A DNA stretch of 64,000 nucleotides from Ranitomeya imitator (taxonomy: Eukaryota), in the NCBI RefSeq assembly GCF_032444005.1, contig NC_091282.1, forward strand, positions 831,854,001 to 831,918,000, given 5' to 3'. Every line of letters begins with the position of its first letter. Within the stretch, counting starts at the first letter, position 1. This document shows, piece by piece, positions 13,081-26,392 of the stretch. Made by a program: the position numbers and the translations under genes. The notes under the pieces are model-generated. The model was not told the origin of the DNA. It saw only the letters and a program-made list of their open reading frames with translations, and ran no database searches.

Positions 13081-13714
13081 CACTGATCTAACTATCCTCG
13101 TTTTGCCAATATATCATTTTCTGCAAAATCAGGACCATGTGTTCACAAACCAGTTCATGCAGCCATATAAAAATACCCTATTTATTATATTGATGACTGG
13201 CCTATACAACACAAGCACTTTTTACCTTTTACCTTTCGTTACCGCATGCGTTTAAAAAAACACCGCGTTTATACGTGTTTATATGCGTTTTTTCCACCAC
13301 TTGCGGATGCGGAATAAACGCTGCGGATTTAAACGCAAATGTTAAAGTAGCCTTACAGCCGAGTTTGGCTTTGTCTCATTACAGACACTTCCGGCAGCTC
13401 TACTCTCACAGTGCTGTCAGCAATTTTGTACTGTCCTTCACCCCACACTTAGTTCCTGAGATGCATGCTGAAAAAGTGTTAGTAATCACACTCATCTGTG
13501 ATCTTCTTATGGCACTTTAGATGCATCTTAAGTTCAGACAGCTCAGAAAAACTTTAAACATACACATTTTAAGTAAGTAAGTCATGTTGAAAATGGTATT
13601 TTATCTGCAGGCAGGGTTTTATAGAGCACGAAGAGCTGATCAGATTGACATTCGCTTTTGTTGATAAAGTTTCAGTAAACTTGCATTTTATTAATTGAAC
13701 CCCCTTATACAGAG

Positions 13715-15990
13715 TCTTGACAAAGGTGTTAATATATTAACACCTCATGAACTTTTGAACTTCTCCAAATTTTTTCACTTTACACCAACAAACGCAAATG
13801 TATTTATTGGGATTTTATGTGATATACAGTACCAACACAAAGTTTAAAGCACAGTATATGTGAAATGTAAAGTACATGATACATAGTTTTCTAAATATTT
13901 GAAAAATATAAATCTGAAAATTGTGACATGCATTTGTATTCAGCCCCCTGAATAAATACTTTGTAGGACCATCTTTCGCTGCAATCATGGTCGACATCAG
14001 GGCATTACTACCCTTACTGGTATAAGGGGCCCAGTGAGGAGAAGTAAGGAGGAGGGGCCTAGACTGCCTGAAACACAATCTTTTGCTTCTCCTCACCAGG
14101 CCCCAGGGGCAGCATCAGTCAGTCATCTTCATTTGCTAATACAGCAGCGCACACATGCACGATGTATAAACACAGCCCTGCATGGTGCGTGTCTGTGATT
14201 GGCTGTGAAGCTCCTCCTCACCGCTCTCTGGACCTCCTTTTCCACGCCAGCGACAGGAGAGGTCCCTGCCCTGCTGATTCCTAACTACATGACCCCCTCC
14301 CCCATTTCCTTTTCTCTATAATGAAGAAAAGAGTGAGTATATATGTGTATATACAGTGTGTATAGTGTGTGTGCAGGCTGTATGTTGTACTGTGAGTATA
14401 TATGTGTATATTTAAATACACCTAACTATCTGCTTGTTTTCCTCAGTCCCCACTCCTTTTTCTTTGATTGACAGATCTGGCTTCATAGAGCCAGAGAATG
14501 GTCAAGATAGATGGAAAACAAGCAGGTGGTAAGGTGTACTTAAAGGATTAGCCCTGCCATGAAGTACTGACCGCCTGTACTTGGTTAGAACAGTAATCCT
14601 TTGCTCACAGAGTTCCTTTAATGAGATTTATTGTTAGCACTGCAGCCTTGCAGTGCTGGAGTCCTGGGTTCTAATCCCACCCAGGACAACATCTGCAAAG
14701 AGTTTGTATGTTCTCCCCGTGTTTGCGTGGGTTTCCTCCGGGTACTCCGGTTTCCTCCCACATTCCAAAGACATACTGATAGGATATTTAGATTGTGAGC
14801 CCCATCGGGACAGTGATGATAATGTGTGCAAACTGTAAAGCGCTGCGGAATATCTTAGCGCTATATAAAAATAAAGATTATTTATTTAGGTCTGGACTGT
14901 GGATTAGCCATTCAAACACATGAATATGCTTTGTTGTAAAGCATTACTTTGTACCTCTGGCAGTATATTTAGGGCCATTCTCCTGCTGGAAGATGACTAA
15001 GTCCAAATCTCAAATATTTTGCAGACTCCAACATGTTTTCCTCCAGGATTGTCCTGTATTTAACTCCATCCATTTCTCCATCAACTCTGATCAGCTTTTC
15101 TGTCCCAGCTCGATTAAAGCATCCCCACAGTATTATGCTGCCTCCACAATGTTTGTTGGTGGAGGTCATGTTTTCAGGGTGATGTGCAATGTTAGTTTTC
15201 TGCCACACATAGCGTTTTGAATGTAGCCCAAAAAGTTTTGTCTCATCTGACCAGAGCACCTTCTTCCACATGCTAGCTGTGTCCCCTTAATTACTTTTTG
15301 CTAACTACAAATGGGACTTCTTCTGGCTTGCTTTCAAAAATGGCTTTCTTCTCGCCACTCTTCCATAAAGGCCAGATTTGTGGAGTATACGACTAATAGT
15401 TGTCCTGTAGACAGATTCTCCCACCTGAGCAGTGGAACTTTGCAGCCCCTCCAGAGTGACCATAGGCCTCTTGGCTGCTTCTCTAATTAGTGGTCTCCTT
15501 GCTTGGGATGTCAGTTTGGGTGAATAGCCATGTCTTGGTAGGTTTCCAGTTGTGGCACATTCCTTTCAATTTTGGATGGTAGATTGGGCTGTTTTTTTAT
15601 AACCTAATCCTGCTTTGCTCTTCTCCACATCTTTATCCCTGACCTGTCTGGTGTTTTCCTTGGTTTTCATGATGGTGTTTGATCCATAATGTTCTCAAAC
15701 AAACCTCTGAGGCCTTCACAGAACAGCTGTAGTTATACTGAGAATAAATTACACATGTAATTTAATTATGTGACTTCTAGAGGCAATTGGTCACTGAGTA
15801 TTCTTTTAGGGGTAACAGATTACAGGGGGCTGAATACAAATAAACGTCATAATTTTCAGTTCTATATTTTTAGGATATTTTGAAAACCATGTATCATTTC
15901 CTTTATATTACACAAGTACTTGCTACTTTGTATTTTATTGGGATTATATGTGATATATCAAGACATTTATATACAATATATATGCCCAGT
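13715..15990 (-). mobile_element. Decayed Tc1 element interrupted by later insertions
   Basis: ORF 14969-15271 reads MWKKVLWSDETK..KHCGGSIILWGCF (Tc1 DDE domain). Inverted terminal segments (gtattcagccccctg / cagggggctgaatac). Confidence 0.75.
14633..14887 (+). mobile_element. V-SINE (tRNA-derived head, V-domain core, L2-like tail)
   Basis: gttagcactgcagcc..gggttctaatccc head, the core tatgttctccccgtgtttgcgtgggtttcctccgggtactccggtttcctccca, and the tail tgtaaagcgctgcggaat...aataaagattattt. Confidence 0.8.
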
Positions 15991-16294
15991 TGCAAGTCTT
16001 ATTCAGTGATTGAAAGTCTTCCTTGTATGACTGTGCATGCAGATAGTTGTCAATTACTGAATAGGACCTCTCACTATACTGATATATATACCAACACCCG
16101 GGATTTCAGTGAATAAAATAGAAGTCATACTGAAACTTTTCCAACAAAACTTAATATCATTCTACTCAGCTTTTTTTTCTCTACCATGCTATACATAGAC
16201 CGGAGAGGTTAACTTTAAAAATCCGGAATGGATTGAACAATCTTGAACGGATTACTTAGTCAGTACGTCTGCTGTTACCTAGCTAGGTTCTTAC

Positions 16295-16365
16295 CAGCTC
16301 ATCAGTTTGATCTGTTGGAGTCCAGGCTTCAGCTTCTACATCTGCTACGTCATCCTCGACAGCAT
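16295..16365 (-). CDS. JSRP1: JSRP1 internal 71-nt coding exon (DAVEDDVADVEAEAWTPTDQTDEL)
   Basis: tcatttactcttcAG|ATGCTG acceptor and CTG|GTAAGA donor. It bridges phase 1 (exon ending 38185) to phase 0 (exon starting 10731) exactly. DAV directly after the TM segment matches mammalian JSRP1 (..QLCRDAV..), from memory of that protein. Confidence 0.85.
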
Positions 16366-16642
16366 CTGAAGAGTAAATGATAAGTCTTAATTAATTCTGC
16401 TGTATGGGAGGCAGAATTAAAACCCAGCTTTCTCCTGCTTCTGTATTACCGGCTTTCAGCAGACCCACACCTTACAAAGCTGCCCATTATTGATATGGTT
16501 AATAGTTGAATTCTCCTGAAAACATAGAGATGGTAGATGTACGGTATTTAACTTGTGTTGCTGTTGAAATATATTTATCCGTGCACTTCATTGTAATATA
16601 TTCACATGACATGATAGAAACATAAATGGAATATTACTTTAA

Positions 16643-17006
16643 GGCTATGTGCACACATCAGGATTTCGTGCAGAAATTTCCTGAGCAAAACCGGACATTT
16701 TCTGCAAGAAATCCGCATGCATTTTTTGCGCGTTTTTGACGCTTTTTTTGCTTTTTTTTTCCGGAGCTTCCCAATGCATTAAATAGCAGGAAAAACGTGA
16801 ATAATCCGCAAAATTAATGAACATGCTGCGTTTTTTACCGCAATGCATTTTTTTTGCGGAAAAAAACGCATCACGTGCACAAAAATTGCAGAATGCATTC
16901 TAAATGATGGGATGCATAATGTATGCTTTTTTAATGCGTTTTAATAGCGGAAAAAACGCGAACCCCCCCCCATCCCCCGAAAAAACCGCAATGGGTGCAC
17001 ACAGCC
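16643..17006. mobile_element. PIF/Harbinger-type MITE
   Basis: TAA|GGCTATGTGCACAC ... GTGCACACAGCC|TAA, 3-bp TAA TSD. Confidence 0.8.
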
Positions 17007-17403
17007 TAAAGTAGCTTTTTTTTTTTTAGGTCAGGCACAATTTGGTTGTTAACTTGAATTGCATTTATGTTATCTCCTTCCCGTCAAGGCTAATTTTTGT
17101 TCCAAATTTTTTTCCCTACTCTTCTTCCAGGTAATTCTTAAGGTCAGTATGATTACAGTGATACTAAATGTTTAAATAATTTTCTTTATTTAACCCCTAC
17201 CTGACTAGGCAATTTTCCATTCTTGTGCTTAATAATTAAACAACAGCGATCGGAGCGCCATACCCATACTTATGTAAAATGATTTGTGGTGACAATTTTG
17301 GGGTACATACGATGTTTTAATCGAATCCTATTGTATTTTTTGGTGAGATTATGGTGATCGAAAAACTTAAATTCTATTTTCTTTCTTTACTGCTTATACT
17401 GTA

Positions 17404-20400
17404 TGTAACGGGGTCTACTGTGCTGGAGTACCTCTTTCAGTACCACCCCGTGTTTCAGGAGGACCACTCTGCTTTTGCTGGATTCTGAATGAAGGACGCT
17501 GGCAGGAATTTCTTGATTACATGAGAGCATATAAAAGCTGACGGCTTCTCCACGTTTTTCCAGTCTAAGAACACCCTTTATTTAGAGCACACAGAATATA
17601 TAACACAGATACACTGGGCAGGCCAATAGGAAAACAGCAGGCCAGACATACAATACAATAGCCGTAGGGGGCCGGAGCCTGCCGATATTTACTGTGGTAA
17701 TTACAAAGGTGGGGGGAGGTCAGAAAGAGAATATCTTGTCCAGGGGCGCGGCCTGTGGACTGATGCATTTCACATGGAAACTATTATACATACATATACT
17801 GCAAAACATTCTTGGTGCTGGGGGGTTCGGTAACACTGCTCCCCTTTTCAGCGACGCGATCGGCATACACAGTCTGATCCTTAACGGATCGGTTTGGGGA
17901 TGACCGAAGTTTATGGGGTTGGTACGAGTTCCGTTTGTTGACTTAGTCCATCGGCGTTACCATTTTGTTTGCCGGGTCTGTAGTGGATGGTGAAGTCCAG
18001 AGGTTGTAGGGTTAAACTCCACCGCACTTATCTGGCGTTGTCTCCGGAGACCCGATTAAGCCAGACTAGGGGATTATGGTCCGTTAGGAGGGAAAACTGT
18101 TGTCCATACAAATATGGTTGTAACTTTTTGAGTGCCCATACTATTGCCAGGCACTCCTTCTCGATGGCCGCATAGCTCACTTCACGGGGCAGTAGTTTCT
18201 GACTCAGGTAAGCTACCGGGTGTTCTTGGCCGTCCGGCCCGACTTGGCTTAGTACTGCCCCCAATCCAAACATAGAAGCGTCTGTGTGGACAAGGAAACG
18301 TTTAGCTGGATCGGGTGCGGCCAATACAGGGATATTGGTGAGGGCGTCCTTTAGCTGGCGGAAGGCTTCCTCACACTCTGGGGTCCAGGTTACCTGGCGG
18401 GGTTGGTTCTTACTGTAATTGGGAACAAATTTCCTGTAATACCCCGCTGTCCCTAGAAACGCCATGACCTGGGTTTTAGTGTGTGGGGTGGGCCATTTGG
18501 CTATGGCCTCAATCTTGGCTGGTTCTGGTCTCTGTTTCCCACTTCCCACCCAATGCCCTAAATACTGAACCTCTGCTTTGCCCACGTGACACTTGTTTGG
18601 GGTCAGGGTGATTCCAGCCTTGTGGATCCGGTCTAATACTGTCTCTAGGTGATTTAGATGCTCTTCCCATGTCGCGCTGTAGATGGCGAGGTCATCCAGG
18701 TAGGCACACGCATAGTCCTGGAGACCATCCAGAAGCCGGTCAGCCAGCCTCTGGAAGGTCGCCGGGGCAGTCTTCATCCCGAATGGCATAACTCGAAACT
18801 GGAATAAGCCAAACGGGGTGACAAATGCCAACTTGGGAATAGCATCAGGACTAAGGGGAATCTGCCAGTAGCCTTTGCATAGATCGATGGTGGTCAAATA
18901 CTTTGCCCCTGCCAGCCGGTCTAACAAGTCATCCACACGCGGCATGGGATACGCATCCGTCACTGTTTTCTCATTGAGCTTACGATAGTCTACACAAAAC
19001 CGTGTAGTCCCATCCTTCTTGGGCACTAACACTACGGGGGATGCCCAGGGACTATATGACTCTTCAATGACCCCTAAACGCAACATCTCTTGTATCTCTT
19101 GTCGCATCCCTTCTTGTACAGACTCAGGGACGCGGAAGGGGGGTTGTCGCAGGGGGGTCTGATCCTGGGTCTCAACTTTGTGTTGTGCCAGGTGAGTGTA
19201 CCCGGGTTTCCCCGAAAACATCCTCTGTCGCTGCCTCAACAACTCCTCCGCCTGCTGTCTCTCCCGGGGACCTAAGTCTTCACCCCAGTGCACCTGGTCC
19301 CATGTTTTAGACTGAGTCCTCTCACCTAAGACATCAGGCAAGGGAAGTCCGGCTAAATCCTCTGCTTCAGGTGCACAGATGGCCAGAATCTGAACCCGTT
19401 CCTCCGGCTTCACTTGATGAAGGGCACACTGCCGCTCAAAGTCCTGCAGAAAGCCATCAATGTCTTCCTCTGCCTCCCCCAACTGTCGGAAGGCATTATA
19501 CTGGATCTTTTTGTGGCTTACGGTTGAAGGTACCTGGGCGGAGGCCAGAGCTCCCCTTGCTCGCTGACTCTCCTCTCTCCGCTCTGCCAACTCCATCTTG
19601 GCCAGCTCCACTTTGGTCCGCTCTGCCATCTCCATCTTGGTTAGCTCTATCCTGGTCCGCTCGGCCATCTCTTCCTTCAGATCAGTACGCACATCAGCCA
19701 TCACCACTCGTATGATCTCTACTGCAGGGTTTGGGCCATAGAACGCCAGTCTATTCTTTACCTCCCTCTGGAATTCAGTCTCCTCCACGTTCACATTGGG
19801 GGGCGCTGCACTGTCGTGTTCCATGATGGCTGCTATCAAATCCGCTTTTGTTTTGTTGCTGGCGATTAACCCTTGGGCTTCCACCAGATCTTTTAATGTA
19901 GTCCTCTTTAACTTCTGGTAGTAGTCTTCCATTCATTCCTTTCATCCTGTAGAAGGGGTATCACATCCCGCTGTCTGTCACCAGTGTAACGGGGTCTACT
20001 GTGCTGGAGTACCTCTTTCAGTACCACCCCGTGTTTCAGGAGGTCCACTCTGCTTTTGCTGGATTCTGAATGAAGGACGCTGGCAGGAATTTCTTGATTA
20101 CATGAGAGCATATAAAAGCTGACGGCTTCTCCACGTATTTCCAGTCTAAGAACACCCTTTATTTACAGCACACAGAATATATAACACAGATACACCGGGC
20201 AGGCCAATAGGAAAACAGCAGGCCAGACATACATTACAATAGCCGCAGGGGGCCGGAGCCTGCCGATATTTACTGTGGGAATTACAAAGGTGGGGGGAGG
20301 TCAGAAAGAGAATATCTTGTCCAGGGGCGCAGCCTGTGGACTGATGCATTTCACATGGAAACTATTATACATACATATACTGCATAACATTCTTGGTGCT

Positions 20401-20416
20401 GGGGGGTTCTGTAACA
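17404..20416 (-). mobile_element. Internally deleted Gypsy (Gmr1-like) LTR retrotransposon, 3.0 kb
   Basis: 432-bp TG..CA LTRs (17404-17835, 19985-20416) differing at about 10 sites. 5-bp TSD CTGTA. tRNA-Leu-like PBS TGGTGACAGACAGCGGGAT next to the 5' LTR; polypurine tract GAAAAGGGGAGCAG before the 3' LTR. Confidence 0.93.
18028..19932 (-). CDS. Gypsy gag(N-terminus)-RT-RNaseH in-frame fusion ORF, 634 aa
   Basis: Gag-like N-terminus, RT motifs (SPWASPVVLVPKKDG..RFCVDYRKLN, AYLDD) and RNase H (TDAS..E..TDH). A premature TAA at 18028-18030 is followed in frame by the remaining RNase H end (VRWSLTLQPLDFTIHYRPGKQNGNADGLS) to the native stop at 17911. Confidence 0.85.
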   Translation of the reverse strand: MEDYYQKLKRTTLKDLVEAQGLIASNKTKADLIAAIMEHDSAAPPNVNVEETEFQREVKNRLAFYGPNPAVEIIRVVMADVRTDLKEEMAERTRIELTKMEMAERTKVELAKMELAERREESQRARGALASAQVPSTVSHKKIQYNAFRQLGEAEEDIDGFLQDFERQCALHQVKPEERVQILAICAPEAEDLAGLPLPDVLGERTQSKTWDQVHWGEDLGPRERQQAEELLRQRQRMFSGKPGYTHLAQHKVETQDQTPLRQPPFRVPESVQEGMRQEIQEMLRLGVIEESYSPWASPVVLVPKKDGTTRFCVDYRKLNEKTVTDAYPMPRVDDLLDRLAGAKYLTTIDLCKGYWQIPLSPDAIPKLAFVTPFGLFQFRVMPFGMKTAPATFQRLADRLLDGLQDYACAYLDDLAIYSATWEEHLNHLETVLDRIHKAGITLTPNKCHVGKAEVQYLGHWVGSGKQRPEPAKIEAIAKWPTPHTKTQVMAFLGTAGYYRKFVPNYSKNQPRQVTWTPECEEAFRQLKDALTNIPVLAAPDPAKRFLVHTDASMFGLGAVLSQVGPDGQEHPVAYLSQKLLPREVSYAAIEKECLAIVWALKKLQPYLYGQQFSLLTDHNPLVWLNRVSGDNAR

Positions 20417-21059
20417 CTGTACGTATGTGTAAATTAATTTTTTTTGTTAGACTGGACTTTTATGGATGCAGTGATACCAAATAAGTTTGATTTGTAATGT
20501 GTTTTTTTATGGAGTTGTGATTTGAATTTTTATGTTTTGTCTAAAAAAAAAATTTTTTTTGTTGCTTTATTTTTCATTCCCTTGGAATAGTCTGCTTCCT
20601 CTATATACTGTAATCCCACTATATTGAAGTATACAGCTGAAATCATGGTCTCGTATGAATACAAGAATGGTGAATTGTGTAGACTATGATATGCGTGTGA
20701 TTCCTGTATTTCCAGCGCTATGGCTTTCCCCCCCAACTACCCATCTACTATCCTTATGCTGGCTGCTGGGGGGGGGGCGCTGCTACTTGGTACACAACGA
20801 GGAGTGTGCCTTACTTACATAGTGATCGCATGCAGCATCCTCATCTTCTCTGTGTGCAGATCTGCTCCCAATGTCCGACCAGCCAGGACCTGGAGGGGGA
20901 GAGCATCAGCGTGCAGAGCAGGACAAGATGAGAGGTAGCTGCCCTGTGTGCACACTGCCCTGCACACACCAGGTAACCTCTTCAGCAGCCCATCCCAGCT
21001 TTTGCTGTGCTGAGATAAATAAGTAGGGGGGTGGTTTGCATTTCACAAATGATAAATTA

Positions 21060-21545
21060 AACATGGTTAGAATATGTGTGTTTTCCTATGCGTGTAAGCA
21101 CGCATGTGTGTGCATTTTCCAATATGTGCTTGTGTTTTGCAGTGTGGGTGAGCGTGCATGTGTGAGCGTCTATGTGTGTGGTTTTCCCATGTCTTTGGAC
21201 GTGCATGTGTGTGTCTTTTGCAATGTGTGTGAGTGTGCATGTGTGTATTTTACAATGGGTGCGTGGATGTGTGTGTATTTTACAATGGGTGCGTGCATGT
21301 GTTTGTATTTTACAATGGGCGCATGCATGTGTGTGTCTTTTGCAATGTGTGCATGTGTTTTTACAGTATTGGTGAGCGAGCATGTGTCTTCAATGTGTGT
21401 GAGCGAGCATCTGTGCGTCTTTTCCAATATGTGCATGTGTTTTGCAGTGTGGGTGAGCGTGCATGTGTGTGTCTTCTCCAATGTGTGTGAGCGTGCATGT
21501 GTGTTTTCTTATGTTTATATATGAGTGTGTGTGTGTGTGTGTGGG
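21060..21545. repeat. Imperfect GT-rich minisatellite ending in (GT)n
   Basis: Recurrent gtgagcgtgcatgtgtgt / tattttacaatggg units. Confidence 0.75.
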
Positions 21546-23250
21546 CAGCCCCTAATATCACTTTCAAATATCACATATGTAATGTGTATATGTATCAGTC
21601 CCAGCGTACCCCATGTGGTGGATGCACGTGGGCCCCCAACGTATGCGGTGGATCCACTTGGGCCCCTGGGCGTGTCCGATGCGGTGGATGCACGTGGGCC
21701 CCGGCATGTCCTCTGCGGTGGATGCACGCGGGCCCCTGTTGGGCCGGAAATGCGTGCACCGCTGACCCACGTCACATAATCGGGGGTCAGCAGTGCGTCG
21801 GCATGACAACCAGAGGTCTCCTGAAGACCTCTATAGTTGTTGATGCCAGATTGCTATGAGCGCCACCCTGTGGTCGGCGCTCATAGCAATGCTGTAATTC
21901 AGCTACATAGGGGCGATCTGAGCACCGCTCCTATGTAGCAGAGACAATCAGGCTATGCCAGCTTCTAGCCTCCCAAGGAGGATTTTAAAGCATGGCAACA
22001 GTAAAAAAAAGTTTTTAAAAATATGAAAAATAAAAAAAATATAAAAGTTCAAATCACCCCCCTTTCACCCCATGTCAAATAAAATAATAATAAAAAAAAT
22101 CAAACCTACACATATTTGGTATCACCGGGTTCAGAATCGCACGATCTATCAATAAAAAAAAAATTAACCTGATCGCTAAACGGCATCGCGAGAAAAAAAT
22201 AAAAAAATGCCAGAATTACGTTTTTTTAGTCGCTGCAACATTGCATTAAAATGCAATAACAGGTGATCAAAAGAACATATCTGCACCAAAATGGTATCAT
22301 TAAAAACACCAGCTCGGCACACAAAAAATAAGCCCTCACCCAACCCGAGATCACGAAACATGGAGACGCTACGCGTATAGGAAAATTGCGCAATTTGTTT
22401 TTTTTTTTTTTTAGCAAAGCTTGGAATTTTTTTTTACCACCAACATAACAAATAACCTAGACATGTTTGGTGTCTATAAGTCGTAATGAGCTGGAGAATC
22501 ATAATGGCAGGTCAGTTTTAGCATTTAGTGAACCTAGCAAAAAAGCCTAAAAAAAAACAAGTGTGGGATTGCACTTTTTTGCATTTTCACCGCACTTGGA
22601 ATTTTTTTCCTGTTTTCTAGTACACGACATGGTAAAACCAATAGGGTAGTTGAAAAGTACAACTCGTCCCGCAAAAAATAAGCCCTTACATGGCCATATT
22701 GAAAAATAAAAAAAGTTATGGCTCTGGGAAGGAGGGGAGCGAAAAACGATAACCGAAAAAAGCTCTGGGGATTAAGATCAGCCGCAGCTGTCTGCAGCTG
22801 GTTATTAATTATAGGGGGATCCAAAGTCATTTTTTGGGGGGTCCTACATTTTAATAGCATGTAAAGGCTAGGTATACAGCTGTGAGCTGATATTAATTGC
22901 CTGGGAAGCTTCATGGCTATTACCCCCTTCCCAGGCTATAAACATCTGCCCTCAGCCGTCGGCTTTCCCTCTGCTGGTTACGAACATTAAGCGGGAGCCC
23001 ACGCCACTTTTTCTGAAACATAATATTTTATTAATTAAATATATGTCCAATACTTTGCACACACACTGTACTAATTGTTTATCTCACTGACATCTATATA
23101 TCTACAGCACCTATTATATTTGTATTTACTGTATGTAATCCATCCCTTCTATCCTGTCGGCTCCTGCTGTGATTTTACCGAACACGGCAGATGAACTACC
23201 GTCTTTTCTTCTATCTATGCAATATAAATATACAGTTTATGTGTGTCACT

Positions 23251-23253
<3 letters not shown>

Positions 23254-23296
<43 letters not shown>
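23254..23296. repeat. (TA)n microsatellite
   Basis: Direct; abuts a Tc1 terminus (CAGTTATATGAAAAAGTTTGGGCACCCC). Confidence 0.95.
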
Positions 23297-23299
<3 letters not shown>

Positions 23300-24469
23300 T
23301 TATATGAAAAAGTTTGGGCACCCCTATTGATCTTAAGCTTAATGTTTTATAAAAATTGTTTTTTTGCAACAACTATTTCAGTTTCATATATCTAATAACT
23401 GTTGGACACAGTAATGTTTCTGCCATGAAATGAGGTTTATTGTACTAACAGAAAATGTGCAATCTTCATTCAAACAAAATTTGACAGGTGCATAAGTATG
23501 GGCACCCTTATCATTTTCTTGTTTTAAATACTCCTACCTACTTTTTACTGACTTACTAAAGCACTTTTTTTGGTTTTCTAACCTCATTGAGCTTTGAACT
23601 TCATAGTCAGGTGTATGCAATCATGAGAAAAGCTACTTAAAGTGGGCACTTGCAAGCTGTTCTAGAATATGCATGTCCACGTAGTATATTGTCTAAAAAT
23701 GAACCATACGGCGCTGCTTAGTTGCTCCAGGTGAATAAGCAGCAAATATATGGACGAAATCAGTCCCAATCGTCCCAGAAGTGGTTAATCAAAGAAAACT
23801 ATATGTGATATTTGCGCCAAGTTCACCTATATGAAGCCATAAATAGAGAAGGTTTCAGATACCAACCTCTCAGCGCATGAGTGAAGGACCTTTCCGCATG
23901 TCAGCACTGGACACAGATTTCCTTTTCTTTGATATTAACCCCTTCACCCCAAAGCCTGTTTTCACCTAAGTGACAGGGCCAATTTTTACAATTCTGACCA
24001 CTGTCACTTTATGAGGTTATAACTCTGAAACGCTTCAACGGATCCTGGTGATTCTGACATTGTTTTCTCGTGACATATTGTACTTCATGATAGTGGTAAA
24101 ACTTCTTCGATATGACTTGCATTTATTTGTGAAAAAAACAAAAATTTGTCGGAAATTATGAAAATTTAGCAATTTTCAAACTCTTAGTTTTTATGCCCTT
24201 AAATTAGAGAGTTATATCACATAATATAGTTAATAAACAACATTTCCCACATGTCTGCTTTACATCAGCACAATTTTGGAAACATAATTTTTTTTTGTTA
24301 GGACGTTATAAGGGTTAAAAGTTGACCAGCGATTTCTCATTTTTGCAACAAAATTTGCAAAACCATTTTTTTACGGACCACCTCACACTTGAAGTGACTT
24401 TGAGGGGTCTATATGACAGAAAATGCCCAAAAGTGACACCATTCTAAAAACTGCACCCCTCAAGGTACT

Positions 24470-26390
24470 CAAAACCACATTCAAAAAGTTTATTAACCCT
24501 TCAGGTGCTTCACAGGAATTTTTTGAATGTTTAAAAAAATTGAACATTTAACTTTTTTTTCACAAAATTTTTACTTCAGGTCCAATTTGTTTCATTTTAC
24601 CAAGGGTAACAGGAGAAATTGGACCACAAAAGTCGTTGTACAATTTGTCCTGAGTACGCCGATACCCCATATGTGGGGGTAAACCACTGTTTGGGCACAT
24701 GGCAGAGCTCGGAAGGGAAGGAGCGCTATTTGACTTTTCAATGCAAGATTTGCTGGAATTGAGATCGGAGCCCATGTCACGATTGGAGAGCCCCTGATGT
24801 GCCTAAACAGTGGAAACCCCCACAGGTGACACCATTTTGGAAAGTAGACCACCTAAGGAACTAATCTAGATGTGTGGTGAGCACTTTGAACCTCCAAGTG
24901 CTTCACAGAAGTTTATAATGTAGAGCCGTAAAACAAAATTTTTTATTAATTTTCACAAAAAATGATCTTTTTGCCCCAAATTTTTTATTTTCCCAAGGGT
25001 AAAAGGATAAATTGTACCCCAAAAGTTGTTGTGCAATTTGTCCTGAGTACGTCGATACTTCATATATGGGGATAAACCACTGTTTGAGCGCATGGCAGAG
25101 CTCGGAAGGGAAGGAGTGCCATTTGACTTTTCAATGCAAAATTGGCTGGAATTGAGATCGGACGCCATGTCGCATTTGGAGAGCCCCTGACGTGCCTTAA
25201 CAGTGGAAACCCCCCACAAGTGACCCCATTTTGGAAAGAAGACCCCCTAATGAACTTATCTAGATGTGTGGTGAGCACTTTTAACCCCCAATTGTTTCAC
25301 TAAAGTTTAGAATGTAGCATTGTGAAAATTAAAAAATCATTTTTTCTTTCCACAAAATGATGTTTTAGCCCGCAATTTTTTTTTCCCAAGGGTAACAGGA
25401 GAAATTGGACCACAAATGTTATTGTCCAATTTGTCCTGAGTACGATGATACCCCACATATGGGGGGGAACCACCGTTTGAGTGCATGGCAGAGCTCGGAA
25501 GGGAAGGAGCACCGTTTGAAATGCAGACTTAGATGGAATGGACTGCAGGTGTCATGTTGCATTTGCAGAGCCCCTGATGTACCTAAACAGTAGAAACCCA
25601 CCACAAGTAACCCCATATTGGAAACTAGACCCCCAAGGAACTTATCTAGATGTGTTGTGAGAGCTTTGAACCAACAAGTGCTTCACTACAGTTTATAACG
25701 CAGAGCCGTGAAAATAAAAAATATTTTTTTTTCCACGAAAATGATATTTTATCCCCTATGTTTTTATTTTCCCAAGGGTAACAGGACAAATTGGACCCCA
25801 AAAGTTGTTGTCCAACTTGTCCTAAGAACGCTGATACCCCATATGTTGGGGGGAACCACTGTTTGGGTGCACGGCAGAGCTCGAAAGGGAAGGAGCGCCA
25901 TTTGAAATGCAGACTTAGATGGAATGGTCTGCAGGCGTCATGTTGCATTTGCAGAGCCCCTGATGTACCTAAACAGTAGAAACCCCCCACAAGTGACCCC
26001 ATATTGGAAACTAGACCCCCAAAGGAACTTATCTAGATGTGTTGTGAGAGCTTCGAACCAACAAGTGTTTCACTACAGTTTGTAACGCAGAGCCGTGAAA
26101 ATAAAAAATATTTTTTTTCCACGAAAATGATATTTTATCCCCTATGTTTTTATTTTCCCAAGGGTAACAGGACAAATTGGACCCCAAAAGTTGTTGTCCA
26201 ACTTGTCCTGAGAACGCTGATACCCCATATGTTGGGGGGAACCACTGTTTGGGCACACAGGAGAACTCGGAAGGGAAGGAGCCCTGTTTTACTTTTTCAA
26301 AGCAGAATTGGCTGGAATTGAGATCGGACGCCATGTCGCGTTTGGAGAGCCCCTGATGTGCCTAAACAGTGGAAACCCCCAATTATAACT
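24470..26390 (+). repeat. ~387-bp tandem repeat, about 5 copies
   Basis: CTAGATGTG anchors at about 24867, 25260, 25646 and 26033. The supplied near-identical ORFs at 25405 and 25791 are 386 bp apart. Confidence 0.85.
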
Positions 26391-26392
26391 GA

